In this document: piece after piece, positions 30,215 to 38,615 of the stretch
Layout: the number at the start of each line of letters is the position of its first letter
Numbering within the stretch: position 1 is the stretch's first letter
Origin: Terriglobia bacterium
GTDB taxonomy: Bacteria > Acidobacteriota > Terriglobia > 20CM-2-55-15
Assembly (NCBI GenBank): GCA_963664115.2
Contig: CAXWPJ010000009.1
Coordinates: forward strand, 384,001-448,000
DNA length: 64,000 bases
Direction of reading: 5' to 3'
Made by a program: the position numbers and the translations under genes
Notes under the pieces: generated by a model
What the model was told of the DNA's origin: nothing
The model's database searches: none
The model's input: the letters and a program-made list of their open reading frames with translations, nothing else

Positions 30215-30486
30215 GGCCGAGACGCCGCGGAGACAAGGAGTTCGAAACGAGGGTTTCGCGGGCTCATTGGAAAATACGTCGAGAAAACCCGAGCGAAAAC
30301 GACGCCGTATCCGCGGATGGATTGGCCGCTCGACCGGGCACAGAGATAGGCCGAGACGCCGCGGAGACAAGGAGTTCGAAACGAGGGTTTCGCGGGCTTA
30401 TTGGAAAATACGTCGAGAAAACCCGAGCGAAAACGACGCCGTATCCGCAGATGAATTGGCCGGTCGATCGGTGCTAGCAGAGATCG
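30215..30486. repeat. Imperfect 134-bp tandem duplication with internal inverted repeats
   Basis: Units begin at 30215 and 30349; each holds CCGCGGAGAC...GTATCCGC(G/A)G and a CGAAAC-GAGG-GTTTCG hairpin. Confidence 0.85.
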
Positions 30487-30500
30487 GCCGCTCGACCGGC

Positions 30501-33335
30501 TCAGGACTTTCCCATCAAGATGAACGGTGCCCAATAGTAGGGGTGGGGAAACTGAACCTTCACATCTAGCGCAGCCTGACGCAACGCCTCCGGCTTCGAC
30601 AAGCCGTCCAACAAGCCCTCGTAGAAGCGCTTCATAAGAAGAGTGGTCGATCGGTCGTTTACGCGCCACAGGCTGACGACCAGAGAGGGCGTCCCGGCGT
30701 AGAGAAAGCCTCGGGTCAGTCCCAACAGTTCGTCGCCTTCGTAGAGGGCGCTCATACCCGTCTCACAAGCACTCAGGGTGGTCAGTTCAGCTCCGAGCTT
30801 AAGGTTAAAAATGTCAACGAGATTGAGCCAGCTATCCCCCAGTTTGAGAGATGAAAACATCGGGTTGTCGGCACGAAACACGCCATGCGCTGCTATGTGC
30901 AGCTTCCCAGCCTTTGGCCCGTGCTCTTTCAAAAGGTCCGCGCCTGCCTCTTCTCCAACAAATACGCGAGCATTCGGTAGAAGCTCCCGGAGCATTTCAG
31001 CCTCATCTGCGATCGCCGGGGTCGAAGGATCGGGCACAGCCAGAACCAGGTCCATATCTGCTGCCACCGGCGTCTTCGCCCTGCAAATCTTCAAGACCGA
31101 CGCGCTGGCGCTATAAACAACATCGTGATTATCGAGGACATATTCGGAACCGTCATAAAGGGCCTGGAAAGGAACATAGTGCAGCACGTGGTGCGGAATG
31201 ATAACCAGCGACCGGCCATCGATCCACCCCTCCAACGGAGCCATCAGCATGCGGTATAGATCCTGAAGGTGATGCTGTACGGCACGCAGCAGAAGCGGGC
31301 CATGGTCTTTCAGGTAGGCGTCGTTCAGATGGAACTTCGACAACTGGAAGTTTAATCCCCTCAGGCAGGCGCGGACGGAGCCGGTTTCGGCCAGATCCTT
31401 TACGAAATGAAATCCGTCGGGCTGGATGACGAACGCGCAAAACTGATTCCCGACCATGTAGTACTCGATCAGAACTTCTGCTTCTGAAAGCATCTGCTGA
31501 ACGTCTTCGACCGAGAGCATGGGCATCGATTCGAATGTAGCCCAACCCTCCCTTTCAGAGCCCGCCTCACGCAGCAGTGAAATCATTTCCTGTTCACGTT
31601 TGAAAATCTCTTCCTGAATCACTTTGTCGCTGGCCCGGGCACTCACCGTTGTACCCACCTGGGACAACCGGCTATACAGCCCGTTCAAATCCTGACGCAC
31701 CTTCTGGATCGCCTGCTGCTTCGGATTCGACTCGTCCGACTGCCAGAGGGTGTCCGTATTGCGCTCGAGCAAGTCGATCAGCGTCCGCGACTTCGACCGC
31801 TCGACGAACTCGAATGCTTCGCCTGGCAAGTCCATCTGGATCTTTAATCCAACCAGGTTTTCGTAGACCTGGTACTTGTCCTTACCAAATGACATCCGGA
31901 ATTCGTCGAGCTGAATATTGCCGCGCAGGGATTCCATTTCCTCGATCGCTTTTCGATAGAGACGCTCGGCCTCAAGGACGCCTCCTTTGGCGGCATGGAG
32001 ACTCCCCATCAAGTCATAGCATTGATAGGAAACCCACTTGGCGTGGTAACCCGAAAGACTCGTCAGTGCACGGTTCGCCTCGTCGATCGCATCGTCTTCA
32101 CGCCCCTGTTCTCGCAAGCTGAGCGCCAAGGTAATGCGGGCGTATGCTCCACGGACGGCCAGATCCTCGGCTTCGAAGGCGGCCGCGGCCGCGGCCGCGA
32201 GGGTCTGGGCGGCAGGGAAATCGCCTTTAGCGTTTTGAAGCTTCGCCAGTTGCAAATTGACCCCGGCAGCCTCGACGGCTTTACCGAGACCCCGAAACAT
32301 GTCAACGGCATGGCGGAAAGTCTGTTCTGCCGCGTCGGTTTCGCCGCGTTCCGACTGCGCAATTCCTGCCAAAGTCAAACACTGGGCCGTTTCAGCGGGG
32401 CTCGAATTTTCTTCAAAGAACGCCTGTGCGCTTTCGGTCAATTCCGCGGCCTCCTGCGGAAGATTCAACTGGAGATATATCTCGGCCCGCTCGAGATCGC
32501 ACAGAGCCAAGCGGCGATCGTCTTCTTGCTCGCGGTAACGCGGACGGACTTTTTCTAGGCTGCGGAGCGCTTCAGAATAACTGCCACGCTTGAAGTAAAG
32601 GTCCGCAATGTTCTTGTCCAATATGTCGAACCAAAGGCCGATTTCGTGACGTACACAGTATTCGCGTGCCTTCTCGAAGCTGAGTATCGCCTCGTCAAAA
32701 CGGTTCAGCTGGGTGAATGCTTCGGCCCGGTTAATTTCCACAGCCGCAGCGACAATGTATTGATCGGTTCCCTCGGCCGCATTGAAAGCCCGATCGTATT
32801 CCACTAGTGAGTCCTTGAATCGATCCTGGCGATAAAACAGGTTTCCGAGGGCAACGTGAACACGCGGCAAATATTCCCCATCCTCAACTGCCTCCAGAAG
32901 GCCTTTTGCGTGCTCAGCAAGATCCTGAGCCCGTTCGAACTCGCCGAGCGACATCAGGTTTTCCGATTGTGCAACCAGTGTGCAGCCGAATTCCCGGTCA
33001 GCACCGGCCTCGGCAAACAGATCGCTGGCTTTCTCGAAGAATGGCTGGGCCTCGGCTCCTTTTCTCATGTTCATGAGCACATAGGCCTGGCACTGATGGG
33101 CAAAGCCGGCTGCGAGAGGTGTGTCGAGATCAGACGCGAGGAGGAGATTGGTTTCAGCAAGAACTTCAGCAAATTGCCTGTCCTTGGGGAGCCATTCGCG
33201 AATCAGAGCAGAAAGTTTCTCGATGAGTTCTTGGGAGGGAGAAAAACCGGAGTCAACGACAAACGCGCGTTGACCTACGACATCACGAACCTGAACCAGA
33301 GCATCCAGGAATTCCTGAACCGAGGAGAGTTTCAC
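30501..33335 (-). CDS. TPR-repeat CHAT-domain (caspase-like cysteine protease) protein
   Basis: Long TPR-like helical array; AFEFVERSKSRTL linker; LHIAAHG and LSACETG catalytic motifs; VVSLWRV, HPYYWAPF. Confidence 0.93.
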   Translation of the reverse strand: MKLSSVQEFLDALVQVRDVVGQRAFVVDSGFSPSQELIEKLSALIREWLPKDRQFAEVLAETNLLLASDLDTPLAAGFAHQCQAYVLMNMRKGAEAQPFFEKASDLFAEAGADREFGCTLVAQSENLMSLGEFERAQDLAEHAKGLLEAVEDGEYLPRVHVALGNLFYRQDRFKDSLVEYDRAFNAAEGTDQYIVAAAVEINRAEAFTQLNRFDEAILSFEKAREYCVRHEIGLWFDILDKNIADLYFKRGSYSEALRSLEKVRPRYREQEDDRRLALCDLERAEIYLQLNLPQEAAELTESAQAFFEENSSPAETAQCLTLAGIAQSERGETDAAEQTFRHAVDMFRGLGKAVEAAGVNLQLAKLQNAKGDFPAAQTLAAAAAAAFEAEDLAVRGAYARITLALSLREQGREDDAIDEANRALTSLSGYHAKWVSYQCYDLMGSLHAAKGGVLEAERLYRKAIEEMESLRGNIQLDEFRMSFGKDKYQVYENLVGLKIQMDLPGEAFEFVERSKSRTLIDLLERNTDTLWQSDESNPKQQAIQKVRQDLNGLYSRLSQVGTTVSARASDKVIQEEIFKREQEMISLLREAGSEREGWATFESMPMLSVEDVQQMLSEAEVLIEYYMVGNQFCAFVIQPDGFHFVKDLAETGSVRACLRGLNFQLSKFHLNDAYLKDHGPLLLRAVQHHLQDLYRMLMAPLEGWIDGRSLVIIPHHVLHYVPFQALYDGSEYVLDNHDVVYSASASVLKICRAKTPVAADMDLVLAVPDPSTPAIADEAEMLRELLPNARVFVGEEAGADLLKEHGPKAGKLHIAAHGVFRADNPMFSSLKLGDSWLNLVDIFNLKLGAELTTLSACETGMSALYEGDELLGLTRGFLYAGTPSLVVSLWRVNDRSTTLLMKRFYEGLLDGLSKPEALRQAALDVKVQFPHPYYWAPFILMGKS

Positions 33336-33425
33336 GGTAAGGTCGCTTCCTGCGTTTATCTACGCGTTCTTCCTTTACGCGCTATATATCTGCGATCCAG
33401 TCGCCCTCCACTAGAGGGAAGATTC

Positions 33426-34043
33426 TTACGCCAGGACAGCGTCTCGACGATGTACGCAGAAAAGTGTCACCTGCCCGTCAGGCAGGTCCACGGACAAATG
33501 ATAGGTGTCCTGGGGAACTTCGTCGAACAAAAACTCTCCCACCGGGTTCGTCTGGGTCTTATACCGGACCACGCCATGAGACTCTAAACTCACAGGCGTG
33601 TTTTCAAAGAAAGACTCCGATTCTGACAAGACCTGGCCGGCCAGAGACACGCGGTCGTCTCCAGAATCGATGCGGAGATCAACATCTACATTGCCTGCCC
33701 TGAAGAGAAGCTGCCGCGGTACACTGCCCACGTAGCGAATTCCAACCGGGGCGGGCTGCTCGAAGCTGTCGAAGACGCGTTTGGCAACTCGCAGCACCTT
33801 GCTGGTCGTGCTCTCGTTAGGCCGTAAAACCGGCTGGAACAGTTGAATGCCCCACTCTAGAACTTCTGCGGGCGGCTCGTTCGTGGTATCACTTTTCAGG
33901 AATCCAAGTAATTCATTGAATTCGTCGGCATTATCCTGACACTGTTCACACGCGCTCAAGTGCTGGTTTGCCGCGGCCAGCGCTGTAGCATCCGCCTTGT
34001 TTTCAATTTGTTCTATGAGTGTTTCAACCGTTAAGTGGCGCAT
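33426..34043 (-). CDS. Soluble putative anti-sigma factor (HxxxCxxC zinc site + C-terminal beta-sandwich)
   Basis: MRHLT...HLSACEQC; no TM segment; beta-rich C-terminus (RQLLFRAG..DVDLRI, TNPVGEFLFDEVP..YHL); directly downstream of an ECF sigma. Confidence 0.78.
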   Translation of the reverse strand: MRHLTVETLIEQIENKADATALAAANQHLSACEQCQDNADEFNELLGFLKSDTTNEPPAEVLEWGIQLFQPVLRPNESTTSKVLRVAKRVFDSFEQPAPVGIRYVGSVPRQLLFRAGNVDVDLRIDSGDDRVSLAGQVLSESESFFENTPVSLESHGVVRYKTQTNPVGEFLFDEVPQDTYHLSVDLPDGQVTLFCVHRRDAVLA

Positions 34044-34186
34044 CGAGATCTCCGTATACTTTCCAAATCCATGTTTGTGGGATCCCCGACTATCTCTGAA
34101 GACCCATCAGACGTTTCCCTACGTCTACGTAACAATAGAGCCACCTCTACCGGCAGAAATACAAAAATGTCGACCGTTCCGGGCTG

Positions 34187-34756
34187 TTATTGGACTCCCC
34201 TCCGGCGGAGCGTCGCACGGAGCTTCTCCAGGCACCGGGCGCGGGTCGGTCCGATACTTGGAACCGGCATCTTGAGTTTCTCGCTGATTTCAACGTAGGT
34301 GGGGTCAGAGGGGTCCAGATAGAGGAGTTCCAGAAGCCGCCGGCATCGGTGGGCCATTTCGCCTATTGCCTCACGGACCTTCTGCTCCCGGTCCGCACGA
34401 ATACCTACGACCTCGCTTGTTTCGGCGGGGTCCGGAGTCGCCTCCATGCCTTCCTCGTCGGAGACGTCCCTATGCTTCATCGAACGGACGTGGATGCAGT
34501 AGCGGGTTGTCGTCGTGATCAGCCATGAACTGACCTTGGACTCGTCTTTGAGCTCCTGGAGATGTTCGATCAGCTTGACGCAGACCGTCTGAAACACATC
34601 GTTACAATCGGAAGGGGCGAAACCGAACTTGTTCGGAATAGAGAATATCAACCTGCGATACCGCGCAATCAGGGTTTCCCAAGCCCCAGCCTCACCTTCC
34701 AAACACCGGCCAACGAGCTCCGAGTCGCTTAGTTTGTTGTAGGCGTCCGGTTTCAT
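34187..34756 (-). CDS. ECF RNA polymerase sigma factor
   Basis: SDSELV..CLEG...AWETLI, DVFQTV, WLITTT, YVEISEKLKMPVPSIGPTRARCLEKLR. Confidence 0.92.
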   Translation of the reverse strand: MKPDAYNKLSDSELVGRCLEGEAGAWETLIARYRRLIFSIPNKFGFAPSDCNDVFQTVCVKLIEHLQELKDESKVSSWLITTTTRYCIHVRSMKHRDVSDEEGMEATPDPAETSEVVGIRADREQKVREAIGEMAHRCRRLLELLYLDPSDPTYVEISEKLKMPVPSIGPTRARCLEKLRATLRRRGVQ

Positions 34757-35004
34757 TTCCGGATTTTCCTGGCTTTCCAGAAGTTATGAAGTCCGAAACC
34801 CAGCATGGCAACAGAGAAGATGACGGTCAGCGCGATGCGCCAGACGCCACCGTCTGGCGCTGCAGCCCAACGCTGGTATTCTGGAACGACGCTGGCGCCT
34901 CCAATAATCGCCAGCGCGAGGAAAAACCCGCCAACAACTTCAAGCGTCAGTGTGTGTAATACCCGAAAGGCATCCTTGAAAGCGGTTCTGAATCTTCCTG
35001 CCAT
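34753..35004 (-). CDS. Small two-TM membrane protein translationally coupled to the sigma factor
   Basis: Two hydrophobic segments; stop overlaps sigma ATG (ATGA at 34753-34756); AGGAAG upstream. Confidence 0.7.
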   Translation of the reverse strand: MAGRFRTAFKDAFRVLHTLTLEVVGGFFLALAIIGGASVVPEYQRWAAAPDGGVWRIALTVIFSVAMLGFGLHNFWKARKIRK

Positions 35005-35222
35005 GAGTGTGGGCTTCCTACGCTATTACCTCTTTCGTGACGCGGCGGCCAACGTCACTGGCATCTTGACTGGCTGTGGGGCCGAAGTTCAATCCCTGTT
35101 TTAGGAAGCTTAACAATTTGCGCTCGACCCGAGACAAGCGCTTCGCTTTCACCCGCTTGACAGCCCTCCGAAGAAGTGTGATACCTTGCGTGCTTAGCGC
35201 CACAGGACCGGACGGAGAAACT

Positions 35223-35525
35223 TTGGAACTCGACGATAACCTGAAGAAGCTGATGAAGGATCTCGGCACGGCAATTAACGACGCCCTATCCGATTCCACA
35301 GGGATCAGCGATGCAATTCAGAACGTCCGCGACGGCGGCTACGACGTGTACCTGGTCCTCGAGGCTACGATCGGGTTCAACAGGCTGCCGGGCGAAGGCC
35401 AGGCGGGCGCAGAAGCTGATGACCGGGCTACTATTCACAACGATGTCGAACTGCAGGTCAACGCACAGGACATGAAGTTTCTCAAGTCCCTTAAAATCAG
35501 AGTCGACGATCTGGAAAACCAATAA
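35223..35525 (+). CDS. Hypothetical protein
   Basis: TTG start after GGAGA; LMKDLGTAINDALS...GYDVYLVLEATIGFN...FLKSLKI reads as a real small protein. Confidence 0.72.
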   Translation: MELDDNLKKLMKDLGTAINDALSDSTGISDAIQNVRDGGYDVYLVLEATIGFNRLPGEGQAGAEADDRATIHNDVELQVNAQDMKFLKSLKIRVDDLENQ

Positions 35526-36516
35526 TCCGCATTTGGATTATTGATTCCAGTACCTCTTCAAGCTGAACATCCTTCATTGATTCCTTCTTGATGTAGCGGT
35601 CCTTTGGACCCACAGGCCGGTAATGCTCAGGGAGGCTGCTGCTGAATATTCCCAAAGTCGGCACACCCAGCGCCGATCCAATATGCATGGGGCCAGAGTC
35701 GTTACTGACCAGGAGGTCGGCCCCGGCGATCACGCTGGCCATTTCCTGAATTCCCAGCCCGGCGAGGAGTTGGACCGAGGCGCCGGACTCGCTCTCGACT
35801 TGTCGGGCGATAGCCCGCTCGACCTCCGACTCGCCCGAGAGAACACGCACAGTAGCACCCCAACGGCTCGCGACCTGGGACGCTAGGGCCGCAAACCTGG
35901 AGGCAGGCCAGCGGCGTTCCGGTACGGACGCACCGACATAGAGAACAAGTAAGGGGCCCAACTTTGTTGGGCTCGCAACCCAATCCTGGACGTCAGACCC
36001 CACCTTGATCATAGGACTTTCAATAATCTGGCTCCCGGCCACACCCGGAACATGTTCGACGACTTTCTGGAACATCTCCGAAACGTGAAGCCTCTTATCT
36101 TCCTCGGCAGGTGGAAGGTTGAAGCAAAACGGAAGATATGCCCGATCCGCGCGTTTCATTCCCAAGCGGTAACGCGCTCCGGAAGTCCGAGCCAGCAGGT
36201 TCGTCTCACGAAAACTATGGAAGTCCACAACCAGATCGAAGCGGCGTGAGCGCAGCTCACCCACGAGTTCCCATATGTCTCGAAGCGCCTCGAGACGCGG
36301 GCCATCCCGCATCCGAAGCCGGTCGACGGAAATCACTTCGTCGATGTGAGGACAGAGCTCCGCGATCGGCGCCGCTCGGCTTCCCGTGGTCAGGGTCAGT
36401 CGAGCTCCACCAAAAACACTTTTCAGGCGCAGCAAAGCGGGGAGCAGCAGGACGACATCCCCGATCCGGGCAAAACGGATAGCCAGAATGTTGGAAATAC
36501 CGGAAAGGCGCTTCAC
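35497..36516 (-). CDS. Glycosyltransferase family 9 (LPS heptosyltransferase-like)
   Basis: IRFARIGDVVL, RRWP, VSNDSGPMHIGSALGVPT. Confidence 0.9.
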   Translation of the reverse strand: MKRLSGISNILAIRFARIGDVVLLLPALLRLKSVFGGARLTLTTGSRAAPIAELCPHIDEVISVDRLRMRDGPRLEALRDIWELVGELRSRRFDLVVDFHSFRETNLLARTSGARYRLGMKRADRAYLPFCFNLPPAEEDKRLHVSEMFQKVVEHVPGVAGSQIIESPMIKVGSDVQDWVASPTKLGPLLVLYVGASVPERRWPASRFAALASQVASRWGATVRVLSGESEVERAIARQVESESGASVQLLAGLGIQEMASVIAGADLLVSNDSGPMHIGSALGVPTLGIFSSSLPEHYRPVGPKDRYIKKESMKDVQLEEVLESIIQMRIIGFPDRRL

Positions 36517-37139
36517 GGAACGATGATTCGGCTCGCCTCATCCGGCGGCGGCTCGGGAGCCACTGAGGCCAACCAGTCTAGATATTGTCGGCTCCGGGGG
36601 CGACCGCTCGAACGGGAATCGGCGGTCACCAGCAAAAAATCGAGCAGTTCGGGAATATCGGAAACCTTGAGCGCATCGACGGTCGGGCCTTGAGGCTGCA
36701 TCAGCTGTTCCAGGGCGGACTTGATCCGACGATAGAGGCCCATCGAAGCGACGCTGCCTTCGGGCAGCGTTTCATAGTGGATGCCCGAGGAAAGAGTTTT
36801 CATTGTAGCTCTGAGGGCATCGAGCGCACTCCTCACATCCTGATCGACCATGCCAGGAGCCCGGTCCCTCTCCTCCAGAATTGCTTGGGCTACTCGGTTG
36901 ATGGTTCCCGTGTTCCGATAGAGAAACTGTTGATTGAACTGCGGCGTGGGCTGGCGCGGGTCATGGCGGTGTTCCCGCGCCGATTCAAACGAGCGTCCTT
37001 TCCGAAGATAGACACAATCGCCGGGACAGTCGATCTCCACCTCGCGCTTCGTCCCGCAGCAAATGGAGCAGATCTTACCTGCCTTTGCGGGGCACTGGCG
37101 CTTGGCGGCTCGCTGTGAACAGAGAGGGCACTTCGCCAT
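36513..37139 (-). CDS. Hypothetical protein with Cys-rich N-terminal metal-binding region
   Basis: CPLC..CPA..CSICCG..CPGDC; stop overlaps GT9 start. Confidence 0.75.
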   Translation of the reverse strand: MAKCPLCSQRAAKRQCPAKAGKICSICCGTKREVEIDCPGDCVYLRKGRSFESAREHRHDPRQPTPQFNQQFLYRNTGTINRVAQAILEERDRAPGMVDQDVRSALDALRATMKTLSSGIHYETLPEGSVASMGLYRRIKSALEQLMQPQGPTVDALKVSDIPELLDFLLVTADSRSSGRPRSRQYLDWLASVAPEPPPDEASRIIVP

Positions 37140-37361
37140 ACCTGCCGCGAAGTATAGCACCTTTGTTTCGACGCGATTTGCGTGTCGCAGTGGACACCGG
37201 TGTCGGCTTGCGCGGCTCTCGGTAGCAGAGGCTCTTGCAAAGAAAAAGTGCTCTATTTTGGAAAAACTCCCGTACATGATCCTCACCTGGTTTGACTTTC
37301 CCTACAGAGCAACGCGATAATCCTCGTTTACGTCTTTGAAGAGATTGGGGGTGTGTAGCAC

Positions 37362-37568
37362 GTGGCTGAAGTGAGACTGAACGAGGGCGAGTCGATCGAA
37401 AATGCCCTCCGCCGCTTCAAGCGAAAAGTCCAGCAAGAGGACATCATCAAACAGGTTAAGAAGCACTCCTTCTACCTGAAGCCGGGCGAAAAGAAAAGAA
37501 TCAAACAAGCTCTGGCCCGCAAGCGCAGCCGGAAAAAGATACGGCGGCGCCCGGAACGCGAAACGTAA
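37362..37568 (+). CDS. rpsU: 30S ribosomal protein S21
   Basis: ESIENALRRFKRKV..IIKQVKKHSFYLKPGEK. Confidence 0.95.
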   Translation: MAEVRLNEGESIENALRRFKRKVQQEDIIKQVKKHSFYLKPGEKKRIKQALARKRSRKKIRRRPERET

Positions 37569-37581
37569 CGATCCTATTGAC

Positions 37582-37619
37582 GAAATGGCCCTCAGGTGTT
37601 CCGAGGGCCATTTCTTATT
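37582..37619 (+). terminator. Stem-loop terminator after rpsU (possibly bidirectional)
   Basis: GAAATGGCCCTC-N9-GAGGGCCATTTC followed by TTATT. Confidence 0.8.
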
Positions 37620-37632
37620 GGACACGCCATCG

Positions 37633-38586
37633 CTAAGCTAGAGCCGTAATGGCACTGAGGTCGATCACGTCCTCCACGCTACATCCCATTCCCAGCTCGT
37701 TGACCGAGGCGTCGAACCCACGAAGAATCGGGCCCACGACCCGGGCTCCCTCGAATGCGCTCTCAAGCTGGTATCGATGATTGCCGGCCTGACGATCGGC
37801 GAAGACATATATGTTCGAGGTTCCGTTAGCAGGAAAGCCCGTGTGCAGCTGGCGATCAACCTCCAAACCGGCCTCACGCGATTCGAGCGTATCAATCGCC
37901 TGCTTCACGCGACGCTTGAGCGATTCGAGAGCACTCTCAAATCCACTGCGTCGCTCCAGCGACGCAACGACCGACGGCGCCAGGAATCCCACCCGCAATT
38001 CAGATTGGAGTAACTCCCGGCTGCACCGACATGCTTCGAGCGCGATTTCCGCCAGTTCGAATGGTCGGGGGGTCGCGAGGGTCATCCCATCCGCGATCAA
38101 AAGCGCGTTTCCACCGCCCGCTGGAAACGCAACCAGAAAACAACGGCACCGCGCCCCCCGTCTGCCGCTTAACCCGGCCGCGTCCTCCAGCCTCCTCCGG
38201 TTTGTCGATCGCGGGCCGACGACCAGACCGTACGCATCTCCTGAGCGGACCATCGCGGCCGCGTACTCGGTTGGATCTTTGAGCTTCTGCCGTAACTCGG
38301 ATCTCTGGAAACCCTGAGCGCGCAAGTCTTCCAGGAGGATGTCTACATACACATCCGCTCTAGGGGAATCCGGGTCAACAATTTCAATATCGACTGGGGA
38401 GAGTCCTCGGACCCGAAGTTGGGATTCAATCCGCGGTTTATTCCCGATCAGGATGGGCTGGGCGATCCCTTGCCCTAAGATCGCGCCTAACGCCTCAAAC
38501 ACTCCTGAATCATGAGGGTGCGGATAAACGATCCGCCTGGACAAAGCTGAGGCGCGCTGACGAATCTCGTCGATCGCTGGGAACAT
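37633..38586 (-). CDS. Divergent phosphate acetyl/butyryltransferase (PTA_PTB) family protein
   Basis: RIVYP, PILIG, AAAMVRSGDA, ELAEIA, GPILRG, GCSVEDV; catalytic motifs eroded. Confidence 0.75.
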   Translation of the reverse strand: MFPAIDEIRQRASALSRRIVYPHPHDSGVFEALGAILGQGIAQPILIGNKPRIESQLRVRGLSPVDIEIVDPDSPRADVYVDILLEDLRAQGFQRSELRQKLKDPTEYAAAMVRSGDAYGLVVGPRSTNRRRLEDAAGLSGRRGARCRCFLVAFPAGGGNALLIADGMTLATPRPFELAEIALEACRCSRELLQSELRVGFLAPSVVASLERRSGFESALESLKRRVKQAIDTLESREAGLEVDRQLHTGFPANGTSNIYVFADRQAGNHRYQLESAFEGARVVGPILRGFDASVNELGMGCSVEDVIDLSAITALA

Positions 38587-38615
38587 ATTAGAGATTAGGA
38601 ACTGCCTCCGGGCTG

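Noticed and set aside
30215-30486. Possible CRISPR array next to the CHAT gene
   Set aside because: The whole 134-bp unit is duplicated with no unique spacers, and there are no cas genes in the window
30170-30669. ORFs spanning the tandem duplication (129 aa, 66 aa, 155 aa)
   Set aside because: Their repeated Arg-rich peptides simply reflect the DNA repeat, and the two longer ones overlap the CHAT gene
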